Shown piece by piece: positions 30,403-40,211 of a stretch of 64,000 nt of DNA. The position numbers and the translations under genes were made by a program. The stretch's first letter is position 1. Each line of letters opens with the position of its first letter. Source of the DNA: an uncultured Anaeroplasmataceae bacterium (lineage in GTDB: Bacteria; Bacillota_I; Bacilli_A; Acholeplasmatales; Anaeroplasmataceae); the NCBI GenBank assembly GCA_964473015.1, contig CAYYMS010000002.1:154550-218549 (forward strand). The letters are read 5' to 3'. The notes under the pieces are model-generated. The model was not told where the DNA came from, did no database searches, and saw nothing but the letters and a program-made list of their open reading frames with translations.

Positions 30403-31491
30403 TTATTCCTCTCCCTCTATATTAAACATTAAATCAAATAAAGTTAATTGTTTCATCTTTGTTCCCATTACCTCATCTGGAACGAGTCTAACCCATGTTG
30501 CGGATCTTCCAGTTCCATTTGATCTAATCTTATTTTGATTTTTTAAATTGGTTAATGCTCTATTAATTGTAGATTCCGAAAATTGTGGATGAGCATTTTT
30601 TATTTCATCCTTTGTGAATACCTCTCCTAGTTTTAAAATCGTTGCTTCTACGTTATCGATTTTTCTTATCTTTTTATCAAATTTATAATCATCTGCTTTA
30701 TTTTCCACTTCTTGATATCCTTCAAGCATTGTCTTAATTGTTAGAATGTTAAGTGGAGCGGTTTGAGAAAAGCCTTGTTCCCAGTTATATCCTGCAGATA
30801 TAATGGCTGTTTCAAACTCGTTTTTATGCTCGTAATATAATTGAAAAAAGCTAACATATTTAAAGACATTAAATCTCTGTCTAAATAATAAACAATAATA
30901 AATTAGTAATGCCAGAAAATCATTATGCGATGTATATACATTTAGATGTAATAAATCGACAAAGACATTTGTTATTAATTGGGTTGGCTCAATCAAGTTT
31001 TGATTTAATAGTTTACTATATTCCTTTAATTCCTCAGCTAACTTCTCTCTTTTAGAAATTTTCTTTTTCTCTTCTAGTAAATTTACTCTTACTTTAACCA
31101 CTTCAGATGCAAAATCTATGTTTCCTACATCATGAAATATTTTTTTCGCTAACTGTAAAAATTCGTTCGTCGTCAATTCAATCTCTGATGGTTTTCTTTG
31201 AATTAAAGTAAAAACTTGTTTTAAATTTGCAAGTATCTTTTCATCCTTAGTTCTGGGAATAGCATTTTTTCTTATGATTAGTCTTATCCTATTTTCCGTT
31301 ATTGTTAAATTTAAGAGTTTCGATGCATAAAAGGTATCACGTTCTATTGTAACTCGAATTATGCCTGTAAGATCACTTTTTAAGATATCTTCATAATAAA
31401 AATCTTTTCCTTTAAATTGATATAAATTCATTAAATCCATTACCAATTCTGCAGGATATGAAATTCTATCTAGATTCTTTAAACACTTCAT
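30403..31491 (-). CDS. Fic-family-like protein with degenerate active site and C-terminal HTH
   Basis: Overall pattern resembles Firmicute Fic proteins (PRTKDEK..AN, KYVSF, FTKDEI...P.FSESTINRAL..L....I...G.GR), but HPFxxGNGR is replaced by NVYTSHNDF. Start set at MKCLK. Confidence 0.65.
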   Translation of the reverse strand: MKCLKNLDRISYPAELVMDLMNLYQFKGKDFYYEDILKSDLTGIIRVTIERDTFYASKLLNLTITENRIRLIIRKNAIPRTKDEKILANLKQVFTLIQRKPSEIELTTNEFLQLAKKIFHDVGNIDFASEVVKVRVNLLEEKKKISKREKLAEELKEYSKLLNQNLIEPTQLITNVFVDLLHLNVYTSHNDFLALLIYYCLLFRQRFNVFKYVSFFQLYYEHKNEFETAIISAGYNWEQGFSQTAPLNILTIKTMLEGYQEVENKADDYKFDKKIRKIDNVEATILKLGEVFTKDEIKNAHPQFSESTINRALTNLKNQNKIRSNGTGRSATWVRLVPDEVMGTKMKQLTLFDLMFNIEGEE

Positions 31492-31669
31492 TTTTATCAC
31501 ATCCATTTTATCGTTATAATTATATCAAAATCCTATTCATTTTTCAATTTAAAACAATAAAAATAAGTCAAATAGATTATAAGGCTTATAAAGCTTTATT
31601 TTCTATTTGACTTATACTTTTCTTTTTATAATATTCAAATGCGTTCTAGGGGCAATTTTACCCCTTATA

Positions 31670-33316
31670 TTAGATTTTATCCTCTGTATAGAATATAGAA
31701 TCACCTATAAATTCACGTAGGATAGAATTACATGGAATCCATCGATCGGATATTTCCTTAAAATATTTTAAAAATTTCAATAATCGGTTTGCGGTTATAT
31801 AATTCGGACTATCTGTTTTAACTGCTTCTAAAAGCGGTATGGCGTGCTTTTGCATTACACATAATTCATAACTTAATTCCGAATTGAATACAAAATCAGC
31901 GTTATTTTGGAATGGATAAATCCATTTAAATTCTCCATTACGAACAGATTGCCATGTCTCTAATGTTTTTTCACAATTCGTATTACGATATTGATAATCT
32001 CTTACCATTCTTCTTATCAAACGAATATCAGAAATGCTGATAGGATTATGATCATCGATTCGATATTGGCTTAAAGGTGCAATATATATTTTATATTTTG
32101 AATCATTGGAAATCGATGGCGTAAGATCATCATTTAGTGCATGGATACCTTCTATTAATATTGGTTGCCTGTATTTTAATTTGACTGCCGGTTGAAAATA
32201 TCTTCCTTGGGTTTTAAAGTCGTAAACGGGAAGTTCTACACTTTCTCCTTGAATTAGTCTATAGATTACCTCATTAAATAATTTAAGATCTAATGCATCG
32301 ATATGCTCAAAATCAGGTTTCCCATTTTCATCTAATGGTGCATCCTTAGGATATTTATAGAAATTATCTATACTAATCATTAATGGTTCGATTCCTCTAC
32401 TTTTTAACTCAATACGTAATCGATTCGTAAATGTTGTTTTACCACTAGAGGATGGTCCTGCTACAGCGATCAATTTAATATTATCGATATTTTGCATAAT
32501 TTTATTTCCCAAATCGGCAAGCTGTCTATTATGTCTAGCCTCACAAATATTAATAAATTCTAATGCATTTCCTGATTCTATGATTTCATTCATTTGACTA
32601 ATATAGCTTGCCTTTGAAACATCTGCCCATAAATTTGCCTCTTTTAAAACATCTCTAAATACACGTTCATCTTGAAATTTTGGTATCACACCACCACATT
32701 CACTTCTTGGATAAGTAATTAAGAAACCTGGAGAATATAATTTCAAAATAAAACTCTTCAAGTATCCAGTTGATGGTAGCATATAACCAAACATATAATT
32801 CTTATAGCCAGCACATTCATACATATGTACCGTGTCTTCTTTTCTATATTTTAATATGCGCACCTTGTCCATACTTCCTACGGCTTTATAGTATTTTATT
32901 GCTTCTTCCTTCGTTACAGAATACCTAGAAATTGGATAATCCTTAGCTATAATATGACTTAATTCTTTAGAAATCGCCTCTAAATCCTCTTGCATAAATG
33001 GATGTCCTAAATTAGAAACACTAGCAAAAATAGATCTAGAAACGCTAAAATTAAAAATAATTCTCGCATTTGGATAAACTTTTTTAGCTGCCATTAAAAC
33101 ACAATATCTTAAGGTTGCTTGATAAATTCTTGTTACTGCAGCATCTTTTAAATCTAAAAGTTGAACATCCGCATCCTCCGTAATAATATAATCCAATTCT
33201 CTTAAGCGATTATTAACATTTGCTGCCATATATTTATACCCTGAATTATCAAACAAATCCACTATTCTACATGGCTTTTTTACCTCTTTTTCCTGATTAT
33301 TCATCTTAATTTTCAT
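31670..33316 (-). CDS. Nucleoside (uridine-kinase/PRK-like) kinase with ThrRS-like N-terminal domains
   Basis: P-loop AGPSSSGKTT, ISIDNFY, DFEHIDALD, IEGIHALN, RLIRRMVRD; N-terminal TGS/SAD-like region. Start at ATG 33316 after GAGGGTG. Confidence 0.85.
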   Translation of the reverse strand: MKIKMNNQEKEVKKPCRIVDLFDNSGYKYMAANVNNRLRELDYIITEDADVQLLDLKDAAVTRIYQATLRYCVLMAAKKVYPNARIIFNFSVSRSIFASVSNLGHPFMQEDLEAISKELSHIIAKDYPISRYSVTKEEAIKYYKAVGSMDKVRILKYRKEDTVHMYECAGYKNYMFGYMLPSTGYLKSFILKLYSPGFLITYPRSECGGVIPKFQDERVFRDVLKEANLWADVSKASYISQMNEIIESGNALEFINICEARHNRQLADLGNKIMQNIDNIKLIAVAGPSSSGKTTFTNRLRIELKSRGIEPLMISIDNFYKYPKDAPLDENGKPDFEHIDALDLKLFNEVIYRLIQGESVELPVYDFKTQGRYFQPAVKLKYRQPILIEGIHALNDDLTPSISNDSKYKIYIAPLSQYRIDDHNPISISDIRLIRRMVRDYQYRNTNCEKTLETWQSVRNGEFKWIYPFQNNADFVFNSELSYELCVMQKHAIPLLEAVKTDSPNYITANRLLKFLKYFKEISDRWIPCNSILREFIGDSIFYTEDKI

Positions 33317-33395
33317 TATTTTCACCCTCTTTTTATTTTTAAAACTACATAATTTGTTATTTTTTACTATAATCATTTTATCTATAAATTATTAT

Positions 33396-33545
33396 TTGGT
33401 TTTAAAAACTAGATATGTTTTGAAATTAAATTTCATTGATAAAAAATTAATAAAACTATATCACGCATTTGAGCAAATCATTTATAATGCATTTTATAAA
33501 CATTTATTCTAGTTTTTAATACTAGGTATGTTTTGAAATTAAATT
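33396..33545. repeat. Direct repeat ACTAG(A/G)TATGTTTTGAAATTAAATTT, each preceded by the 17-bp motif
   Basis: Two near-identical copies about 113 bp apart upstream of the nucleoside kinase gene. Confidence 0.7.
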
Positions 33546-33598
33546 TTATCAAAAAAATGGGAGTTAAGGACTCCCATTTTCATACATAATCTACTCAT

Positions 33599-34360
33599 TT
33601 AATCTTGTGCATCATCTTCAGCAAATAACATTTCTTCTTCATTTTCCTCTGCATTTTCTGCGTTTTCTTCCATTTCTATGGATGAGGTATCTTCCTCTAT
33701 AGTATTTTCCTCATTCATAGCTTCTCTAAGCTCTTGAACTAAGACATCTGGATTTAAAAAATCCTTTAAGTCTGAATCTAGGTCTATATTATATTTAATT
33801 TCCGTCTTATTTTCAAATTCTGCTTTATGTTCTAAGACCGATTGTGTAGCAAGCTCTAAAGATTCAATATTAGTTTCTTGTTCATAATTGATAACTCTAT
33901 TTTTCAGTCTAAAAAATGCTAAATTTACTTTAGAAAATGTATATATCCTTTTTTTGGGAGTTAAAGAAAAACTCAATCTTTTCGCTTTTCTTTCACGTGA
34001 TAAAACTTTTCCAACGACATCTTCTCTATGGATAATACGATATTCTTTTTCGTTATCACCGGCAACATAAATATCATCCGTTTTATATTTTATGATTCTT
34101 CGTAAAAAATATTCCTCATGCGACTGATATAAAACAAAATCTTTAATACTTAATTTAGAAGGCGCACGAAGCAATACATAATCACCCTTTTTGAAAATCG
34201 GCTTATTTATATCGCTTTCTATCCTTAAAGATCCAATCAAACCACTCTTTACACGTTCTACAACAACTTCTATAGAGTGAACATCTATCTTTTCTTCTTC
34301 CTCGTCTTGTTCAGGTGATTCGGAAGCCTCTGTATTTAATTTCTTTTTATATTTTTTCAT
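33599..34360 (-). CDS. S24/S26 peptidase-like domain protein with acidic tail, apparently non-catalytic
   Basis: P..KKGDYV...DFVLY...FLRRII....VAGDN...VVGKV pattern; Glu/Asp-rich C-terminus. Confidence 0.55.
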   Translation of the reverse strand: MKKYKKKLNTEASESPEQDEEEEKIDVHSIEVVVERVKSGLIGSLRIESDINKPIFKKGDYVLLRAPSKLSIKDFVLYQSHEEYFLRRIIKYKTDDIYVAGDNEKEYRIIHREDVVGKVLSRERKAKRLSFSLTPKKRIYTFSKVNLAFFRLKNRVINYEQETNIESLELATQSVLEHKAEFENKTEIKYNIDLDSDLKDFLNPDVLVQELREAMNEENTIEEDTSSIEMEENAENAEENEEEMLFAEDDAQD

Positions 34361-34530
34361 ATAATCACCTTTAACAACAAATCGTATATATCCTAGTACT
34401 ATAATTATATAAAATTATGCTTAAAATTGCAAGAACAAAGGTATTTATCCCTAGAATAGTAAAAATAAGTATTTAAAATTATTTGTTATTAATGTTATAA
34501 TATAACTAATAAATAGAATAACCGAGGTGA

Positions 34531-35274
34531 ATGGTAATGCATTTTTTATTTAAACTTATTGATCCTTTAACGAAACTTCTACACTGGGACTGGATGGCAG
34601 ACATTGAGATTCCTTCTATCCTTCTTCGCTTGTTTTTGGCAATCCTGTGTGGCGGTATCATTGGCATTGAAAGAACAAAAAAACATTATGCTGCAGGTTT
34701 AAGAACCTATATTATTGTTTGTGTGGGTGCAACCATTGCAATGATGACAAATGAATTTATTGCCCAAGCAACCGACTCAACCGATATGGCTAGAATGGGT
34801 GCTCAAGTGGTTTCTGGTATTGGATTTTTGGGTGCTGGAACTATCTTAATCACCTCTAGAAGTCAAATAAAAGGACTTACCACTGCAGCCGGATTATGGG
34901 GCTGTGCATGTTTAGGTCTTGCGATTGGTGTAGGGTATTATACTCTTGCAATTTTAGGTGCTATCCTTATTATGGTAGTCATATCTATTTTACCTAAAAT
35001 TGAAGGAATTTTTATTGAACAGTCTAAAAGTTTTTCTATACACATAGAACTAAAAGAAAAAGAAAATTTAAAGGATTTTGTAAATTATGTTCGAAGCAAT
35101 AATTTTAAAATATTATCTTTAGAATGTAATCAAGCCTATTCTTCTTCAGGATTAAGTGTTTATTCTTTATCTATATTAGATATTGAAAAAGGGAGAAAGA
35201 CAAATCATGCAAAGCATATTGAAGTTTTTTCAAATCTTCCCTATGTGAACTATGTAGAAGAAATTATTCATTAA
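34531..35274 (+). CDS. MgtC/SapB-family membrane protein
   Basis: Motifs GGIIGIER, AGLRTY, RMGAQVVSGIGFLGAGTI and GLTTAAGLW. Confidence 0.9.
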   Translation: MVMHFLFKLIDPLTKLLHWDWMADIEIPSILLRLFLAILCGGIIGIERTKKHYAAGLRTYIIVCVGATIAMMTNEFIAQATDSTDMARMGAQVVSGIGFLGAGTILITSRSQIKGLTTAAGLWGCACLGLAIGVGYYTLAILGAILIMVVISILPKIEGIFIEQSKSFSIHIELKEKENLKDFVNYVRSNNFKILSLECNQAYSSSGLSVYSLSILDIEKGRKTNHAKHIEVFSNLPYVNYVEEIIH

Positions 35275-35394
35275 AATTATTAAATTTTTTTAGAGGTTAT
35301 CTATAAGAGATGACCTCTTTTTTAATTTTTATAAGAAAAAAGGATATGCTTTTCATCCAAATTTTAATGGATTTTCATATCCTTTTTCATTTTA

Positions 35395-38112
35395 TTAATC
35401 CTCAAATAATGAAATCTTTTTATATTGAATATCTTTTTTCTCTTTATCTTCCGATTCATCAATTTCTGGATTCAAAATATTATTCGATTTTTTTCCTGTT
35501 TCCTTAGCTAAAATTGCATCAAGTTCATTTAGAATATTTGGGGCTTGTGTATTTTTTTTCGTTAAGATTGGCTTTTCGTAATCACTTCCATCATCCATAT
35601 GGAAGATAGTTTCCTTTTGTTCCATTAAATAATCGGGCGAAACAGCTTGATCAGGTTTACTTGGATTTGGCAATGTCATTCCTATAAGCTTAGATAATTC
35701 TTTATTTTCACTTTGAATGGATCTTCCAACATCCGATACATTATATTTTAAACTAAATGCTTCTACTGAATCATTACCATTTTTGTAAATAATATTGATA
35801 TTTACATTTTCCTTATACTGATTAGGTGTAAGTTTTTTTGCATCCACTATTAAGTATGGATTAGATTTCAAAAGCTTTATAACTGAATTTCCACTTCTAG
35901 AACGTTTCGTTAAAGGAACATCGGTCACTTTCATTCGTTTTAATGTCATTCTAGATGTAAGCAATAAGAAGTCATCATTTTTATTACAATAGAAGGCAGA
36001 TTTTACTATATCATTTGCTTTCAAATTGATTGATTTCACTCCACCAGCCATTGTTCCATATAAAGATATATCACTTGCTCTAAAACGTAAGGCTTCACAA
36101 TTCTTAGTAAATACCATTATTTCAAGCGGATCTTGGATAATATCAGCTGAGATTAACTCCTCCTGATCAGCTAATTTCATTGCACGAACAGGTTTAGAGT
36201 ATCTAGTCACATTAAATTCGGATAATAAGGTTTGCTTCATATTTCCCTTGCTGGTTGCAAGTAAAACTGTTTTAGCACTATTAAATTCAGTAATAGGAAA
36301 AACCGCAATAAATTTTTCTTTTGGATGAATAGCAACTAAGCTATTAATAAATGTACCAACCTCTTTAAATTTACATTCTGCAATCTTATAAACTGGCAAA
36401 TAAATGAAATTACCTAGCGTAGTAAAAATAAGTAGAGTATCTAAAGTAGAGACCTCTCCAAGATATAAAATAGAATCATTTTCTTTTATTCCATTTACTC
36501 TAGAGGAATTAAAGGATTTTAAATTTGTTCTTTTTATATATCCTTCTTTAGATATAGAGACTACCGTTTGTTCCTTTGTAATCAAATCAGTTTCATCTAT
36601 TTTTAAAGAAGAAACCTTATCTTCAATCATAGTTCTTCTTGGACATACTAAGACTTTATTCATTTGATTTAATTCATTTTTTATTACTTTTAAAAGTTCT
36701 TTTTCTGAAGATAGTATTTTTTGATAATGAAGAACATTTTCATTTAATTCTTTATCCTCATTTCTTAAAGCCTCAATATCCTGATTGGATAAAGAGTATA
36801 AACGCATCATTACAATGGCTTCAGCTTGGTCTTCCGTAAAGTCAAATTTTTGCGTTAAATTCAATTTAGAGTCTGCTTTATTTTTACTTTCTCTAATGGT
36901 TTTAATTACCTCATCTACAATATCAATCATTTTCATTAAGCCTTCTACAATATGTAGACGCTTTAAAGCTTTATTTAATTCGAAATTTGTTCGATTGGTA
37001 ATAACATCCTTTTGATGATTGATATATGCATCTAAAATAGGTAATACACCTAAACGCATTGGACGGCGATTACATATAGAAACCATATTATAATTTAGAT
37101 TTACTTGTAAATCTGTATTCTTTAATAAGAAAGTAATTATAGCATTTGCATTTGCATTCTTTTTCAAATCAACGGCAATACGAAGTCCATCTCTACCAGA
37201 TTCATCCCTAATTTCTAAGACATCCGGAATTTTGCCATCCATTCGAAGTTGTTCCATTTTTTCTACGGTCTTTGATTTAAAGGTATCATATGGAATTTCG
37301 GTGATAACGATTCTTTGCTGTCCATTACCCATTTCTTCAAATTCATATTTTGAACGAACGATAACCGTTCCACTACCCGTTAAAAATGCTTCACGAATTC
37401 CCTCTTTGCCTTGGACAATACCACCGGTAGGGAAGTCTGGACCTGGCATGATTTCTAATAAATCGTCTACGGTCATATTCGGATTTTCTATCCTTGCGAT
37501 AGTCGCATTTACAACTTCGTTAATATTATGGGTTGGAATATAGGTTGCATATCCAGAAGAAATACCCATTGCTCCATTTACTAAAAGATTAGGAAATTTC
37601 GCAGGTAATACGGTTGGTTCTGTTTCTTCCTCATCAAAGTTAGGAATAAACGGAACCGTATTTTTATCAATATCCTGTAATAGGTATTCTGCATTTTTAC
37701 TCATACGAGTTTCGGTATAACGCATAGCAGCTGGCCCATCTCCATCAATGGAACCATTATTACCATGCATATCAATTAAAGTTACACCCATTTTCCAGTT
37801 TTGGCTCATACGAACCATAGCCTCATAAATAGAAGAGTCACCATGTGGATGGTATTTACCCATAACCTCTCCTACAATACGAGCCGACTTTTTATATGGA
37901 GCATTAGAGGTGACTCTTAATTCATTCATACCATATAAAATACGACGTTGAACAGGTTTAAGTCCATCACGGATGTCTGGAATTGCACGCTCTTGAATAA
38001 TGTATTTTGAATACCTTCCAAAGCGATCTCCGATAACCTCTTCTAGTCTTGTTTCTTGAAACTTTTCTGCCAAGAAAATATCTAGTTTCTTTTTTATAGA
38101 ACTTGTAGCCAT
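35395..38112 (-). CDS. parC: DNA topoisomerase IV subunit A
   Basis: Motifs RAIPDIRDGLKPVQRR, YHPHGDSS and AAMRYTE; downstream of parE. Confidence 0.93.
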   Translation of the reverse strand: MATSSIKKKLDIFLAEKFQETRLEEVIGDRFGRYSKYIIQERAIPDIRDGLKPVQRRILYGMNELRVTSNAPYKKSARIVGEVMGKYHPHGDSSIYEAMVRMSQNWKMGVTLIDMHGNNGSIDGDGPAAMRYTETRMSKNAEYLLQDIDKNTVPFIPNFDEEETEPTVLPAKFPNLLVNGAMGISSGYATYIPTHNINEVVNATIARIENPNMTVDDLLEIMPGPDFPTGGIVQGKEGIREAFLTGSGTVIVRSKYEFEEMGNGQQRIVITEIPYDTFKSKTVEKMEQLRMDGKIPDVLEIRDESGRDGLRIAVDLKKNANANAIITFLLKNTDLQVNLNYNMVSICNRRPMRLGVLPILDAYINHQKDVITNRTNFELNKALKRLHIVEGLMKMIDIVDEVIKTIRESKNKADSKLNLTQKFDFTEDQAEAIVMMRLYSLSNQDIEALRNEDKELNENVLHYQKILSSEKELLKVIKNELNQMNKVLVCPRRTMIEDKVSSLKIDETDLITKEQTVVSISKEGYIKRTNLKSFNSSRVNGIKENDSILYLGEVSTLDTLLIFTTLGNFIYLPVYKIAECKFKEVGTFINSLVAIHPKEKFIAVFPITEFNSAKTVLLATSKGNMKQTLLSEFNVTRYSKPVRAMKLADQEELISADIIQDPLEIMVFTKNCEALRFRASDISLYGTMAGGVKSINLKANDIVKSAFYCNKNDDFLLLTSRMTLKRMKVTDVPLTKRSRSGNSVIKLLKSNPYLIVDAKKLTPNQYKENVNINIIYKNGNDSVEAFSLKYNVSDVGRSIQSENKELSKLIGMTLPNPSKPDQAVSPDYLMEQKETIFHMDDGSDYEKPILTKKNTQAPNILNELDAILAKETGKKSNNILNPEIDESEDKEKKDIQYKKISLFED

Positions 38113-38113
38113 T

Positions 38114-40042
38114 CTAGATATCCTCCTCTTCTAATGTAAAAGATACATGGCTTTCTAGCCAATCTCTTCTTCTCGTTGCGTTATTTCCCATAAGAACTTC
38201 AATTTGAGATTCTGCATCAGCTAAATCCTCTATTTGCACTTGAATTAAAGTTCTAGTTTCAGGATTCATTGTCGTTTCCCATAATTGCTCCGCATTCATT
38301 TCACCAAGTCCCTTATATCTTTGAACTAAGGTTTGAACCTTGCAATCACTTAATATCTTTTCCTTTTCCTCATTGGTCCAAGCATATAATATTTCTTCTT
38401 TCTTTCCACGTTTGGTAATTTTAAACAATGGTGGTAATGCTATATATACTCGTCCATCTTCAATTAAAGGGCGCATATATCTAAAAAAGAAGGTTAGCAA
38501 TAATACCTGAATATGTGCACCATCATCATCCGCATCGGTCATAATTATGATTTTTTTGTAATTACATTTTTTCAAATCAAAAGACTCTCCATAATCGGCA
38601 CCAATCGTATAAATCATTGTAGCAATCTCTTCATTTTTAAGCGCAGAATCTGCAGTAGCTTTTTCTGTATTTAATACTTTACCACGAAGAGGTAAAATCG
38701 CTTGATATCTTCGATCTCTTCCCTGCTTTGCAGATCCACCTGCAGAATCTCCCTCAACTAAGTATAATTCATTTATTTCTTTATTCTTTTCACTTGTAGG
38801 AGCAAGTTTACCTGAAATGTTTTTTTCGCCCTTGTCCTTCTTGTCCATTCTTGCCTGCTCTCTTGCCTTACGAGCGGCTGCACGGGACTCGGCTTCTCGA
38901 ATCGCCTTTTTTACGATTGTTTCTGTTAAATCTTTATTTTCAATCAGATAATAAGATAGTTTATCATAAAGTACACTGTCCACTGCAGTTTTAGCAGCTG
39001 GGGTTCCTAATTTTCCTTTGGTTTGGCCTTCAAATTCCAAAAGTTTTTCCCCTATACGCACAGATACAACTGAGGTCATTCCAGCACGAATATCAGTACC
39101 CTCTAATGTTTGTGCAGCTTTAATCAAATTAAACTTATGCGCATAATCATTAAATGCTCTTGTAAGAGCTGTTTTAAATCCTGTTTCATGGCTTCCACCA
39201 TCCCCAGTTTTAACGTTATTAACAAAAGATACAATCGTTTCCGAATAAGAATCTACAAATTGTAAAGCAACTTCCACTTCTATTTGATCTTTTGCCTCGG
39301 GTATATTGTAAACCCCTTCAAAATATGCAACATTATGAACAGGTTTTTTACCACTTGTCATAAAGGCTACATACTCAGAAATACCATTTTCATAAACAAA
39401 GGATTCACTTTTATGGCTTCTTTTATCTTTTAGTACCATTTTTAAATTTTTAATTAAAAATGCACTCTCTCTTATTCTTGTTTTTATCGTATCATAGGAA
39501 TACATTGTAGTAGTAAATATTGAAGGATCTGGTTTGAAAGTAACCGTAGTACCCGTCTTTTTTGTCTCACCTAAAATTTCAATAGGAGAAATTCTTGTAC
39601 CACCATTTTCAAATTTCATTTGATGGATTTTTCCTTCACGATAAGAGGTAACAAACATATAGGAGGATAATGCATTAACTACCGATGCACCCACTCCATG
39701 AAGTCCTCCTGTCGTCTTATATCCATTGCCACCAAACTTTCCACCGGCATTTAATTTTGTATAAATAATTTCCATGGTATTTTTTCCTGTAGAATGTTTA
39801 CCACAAGGTACACCTCTACCATTATCCTCTACCGTTATGGAATTATCCTCATTAATCGTTACAACAATTTCTCTTCCATAGCCTGCCAAGGCCTCATCAA
39901 TGGCATTATCAACAATTTCCCATACCAAATGATGTAAACCTCGTTCATCGGTTGAACCGATATACATACCTGGACGTTTTCTAACGTGTTCTAACCCCTC
40001 CAAAACGGTTATCGAATCGTCATTGTAAGCATTATTTTGCAT
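38114..40042 (-). CDS. parE: DNA topoisomerase IV subunit B
   Basis: Motifs VRKRPGMYIG, EIVDNAIDE, GGLHGVGASVVNALS, EGDSAGGS, PLRGK and QRYKGLGEM; divergent from plsY as in Firmicutes. Confidence 0.93.
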   Translation of the reverse strand: MQNNAYNDDSITVLEGLEHVRKRPGMYIGSTDERGLHHLVWEIVDNAIDEALAGYGREIVVTINEDNSITVEDNGRGVPCGKHSTGKNTMEIIYTKLNAGGKFGGNGYKTTGGLHGVGASVVNALSSYMFVTSYREGKIHQMKFENGGTRISPIEILGETKKTGTTVTFKPDPSIFTTTMYSYDTIKTRIRESAFLIKNLKMVLKDKRSHKSESFVYENGISEYVAFMTSGKKPVHNVAYFEGVYNIPEAKDQIEVEVALQFVDSYSETIVSFVNNVKTGDGGSHETGFKTALTRAFNDYAHKFNLIKAAQTLEGTDIRAGMTSVVSVRIGEKLLEFEGQTKGKLGTPAAKTAVDSVLYDKLSYYLIENKDLTETIVKKAIREAESRAAARKAREQARMDKKDKGEKNISGKLAPTSEKNKEINELYLVEGDSAGGSAKQGRDRRYQAILPLRGKVLNTEKATADSALKNEEIATMIYTIGADYGESFDLKKCNYKKIIIMTDADDDGAHIQVLLLTFFFRYMRPLIEDGRVYIALPPLFKITKRGKKEEILYAWTNEEKEKILSDCKVQTLVQRYKGLGEMNAEQLWETTMNPETRTLIQVQIEDLADAESQIEVLMGNNATRRRDWLESHVSFTLEEEDI

Positions 40043-40211
40043 TAAAAATCACCAAACCTTTTACTTAATTATAATAACATAATTTGACATTTTAAACAAT
40101 AATTCTATTAATTATTTCATATATTTTTTTTATGATTTTATTTACATATTAAAATAATAATTATATAATATATTGAACACTTTAAGGAGGGAGCAAGTTT
40201 TTGCGAAAATA

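Noticed and set aside
28696-33545. Repeats interpreted as polar Ter fork-trap sites
   Set aside because: Copies left and right of dif have the same orientation and no rtp-like gene is visible. Kept only as a non-polar repeat finding.
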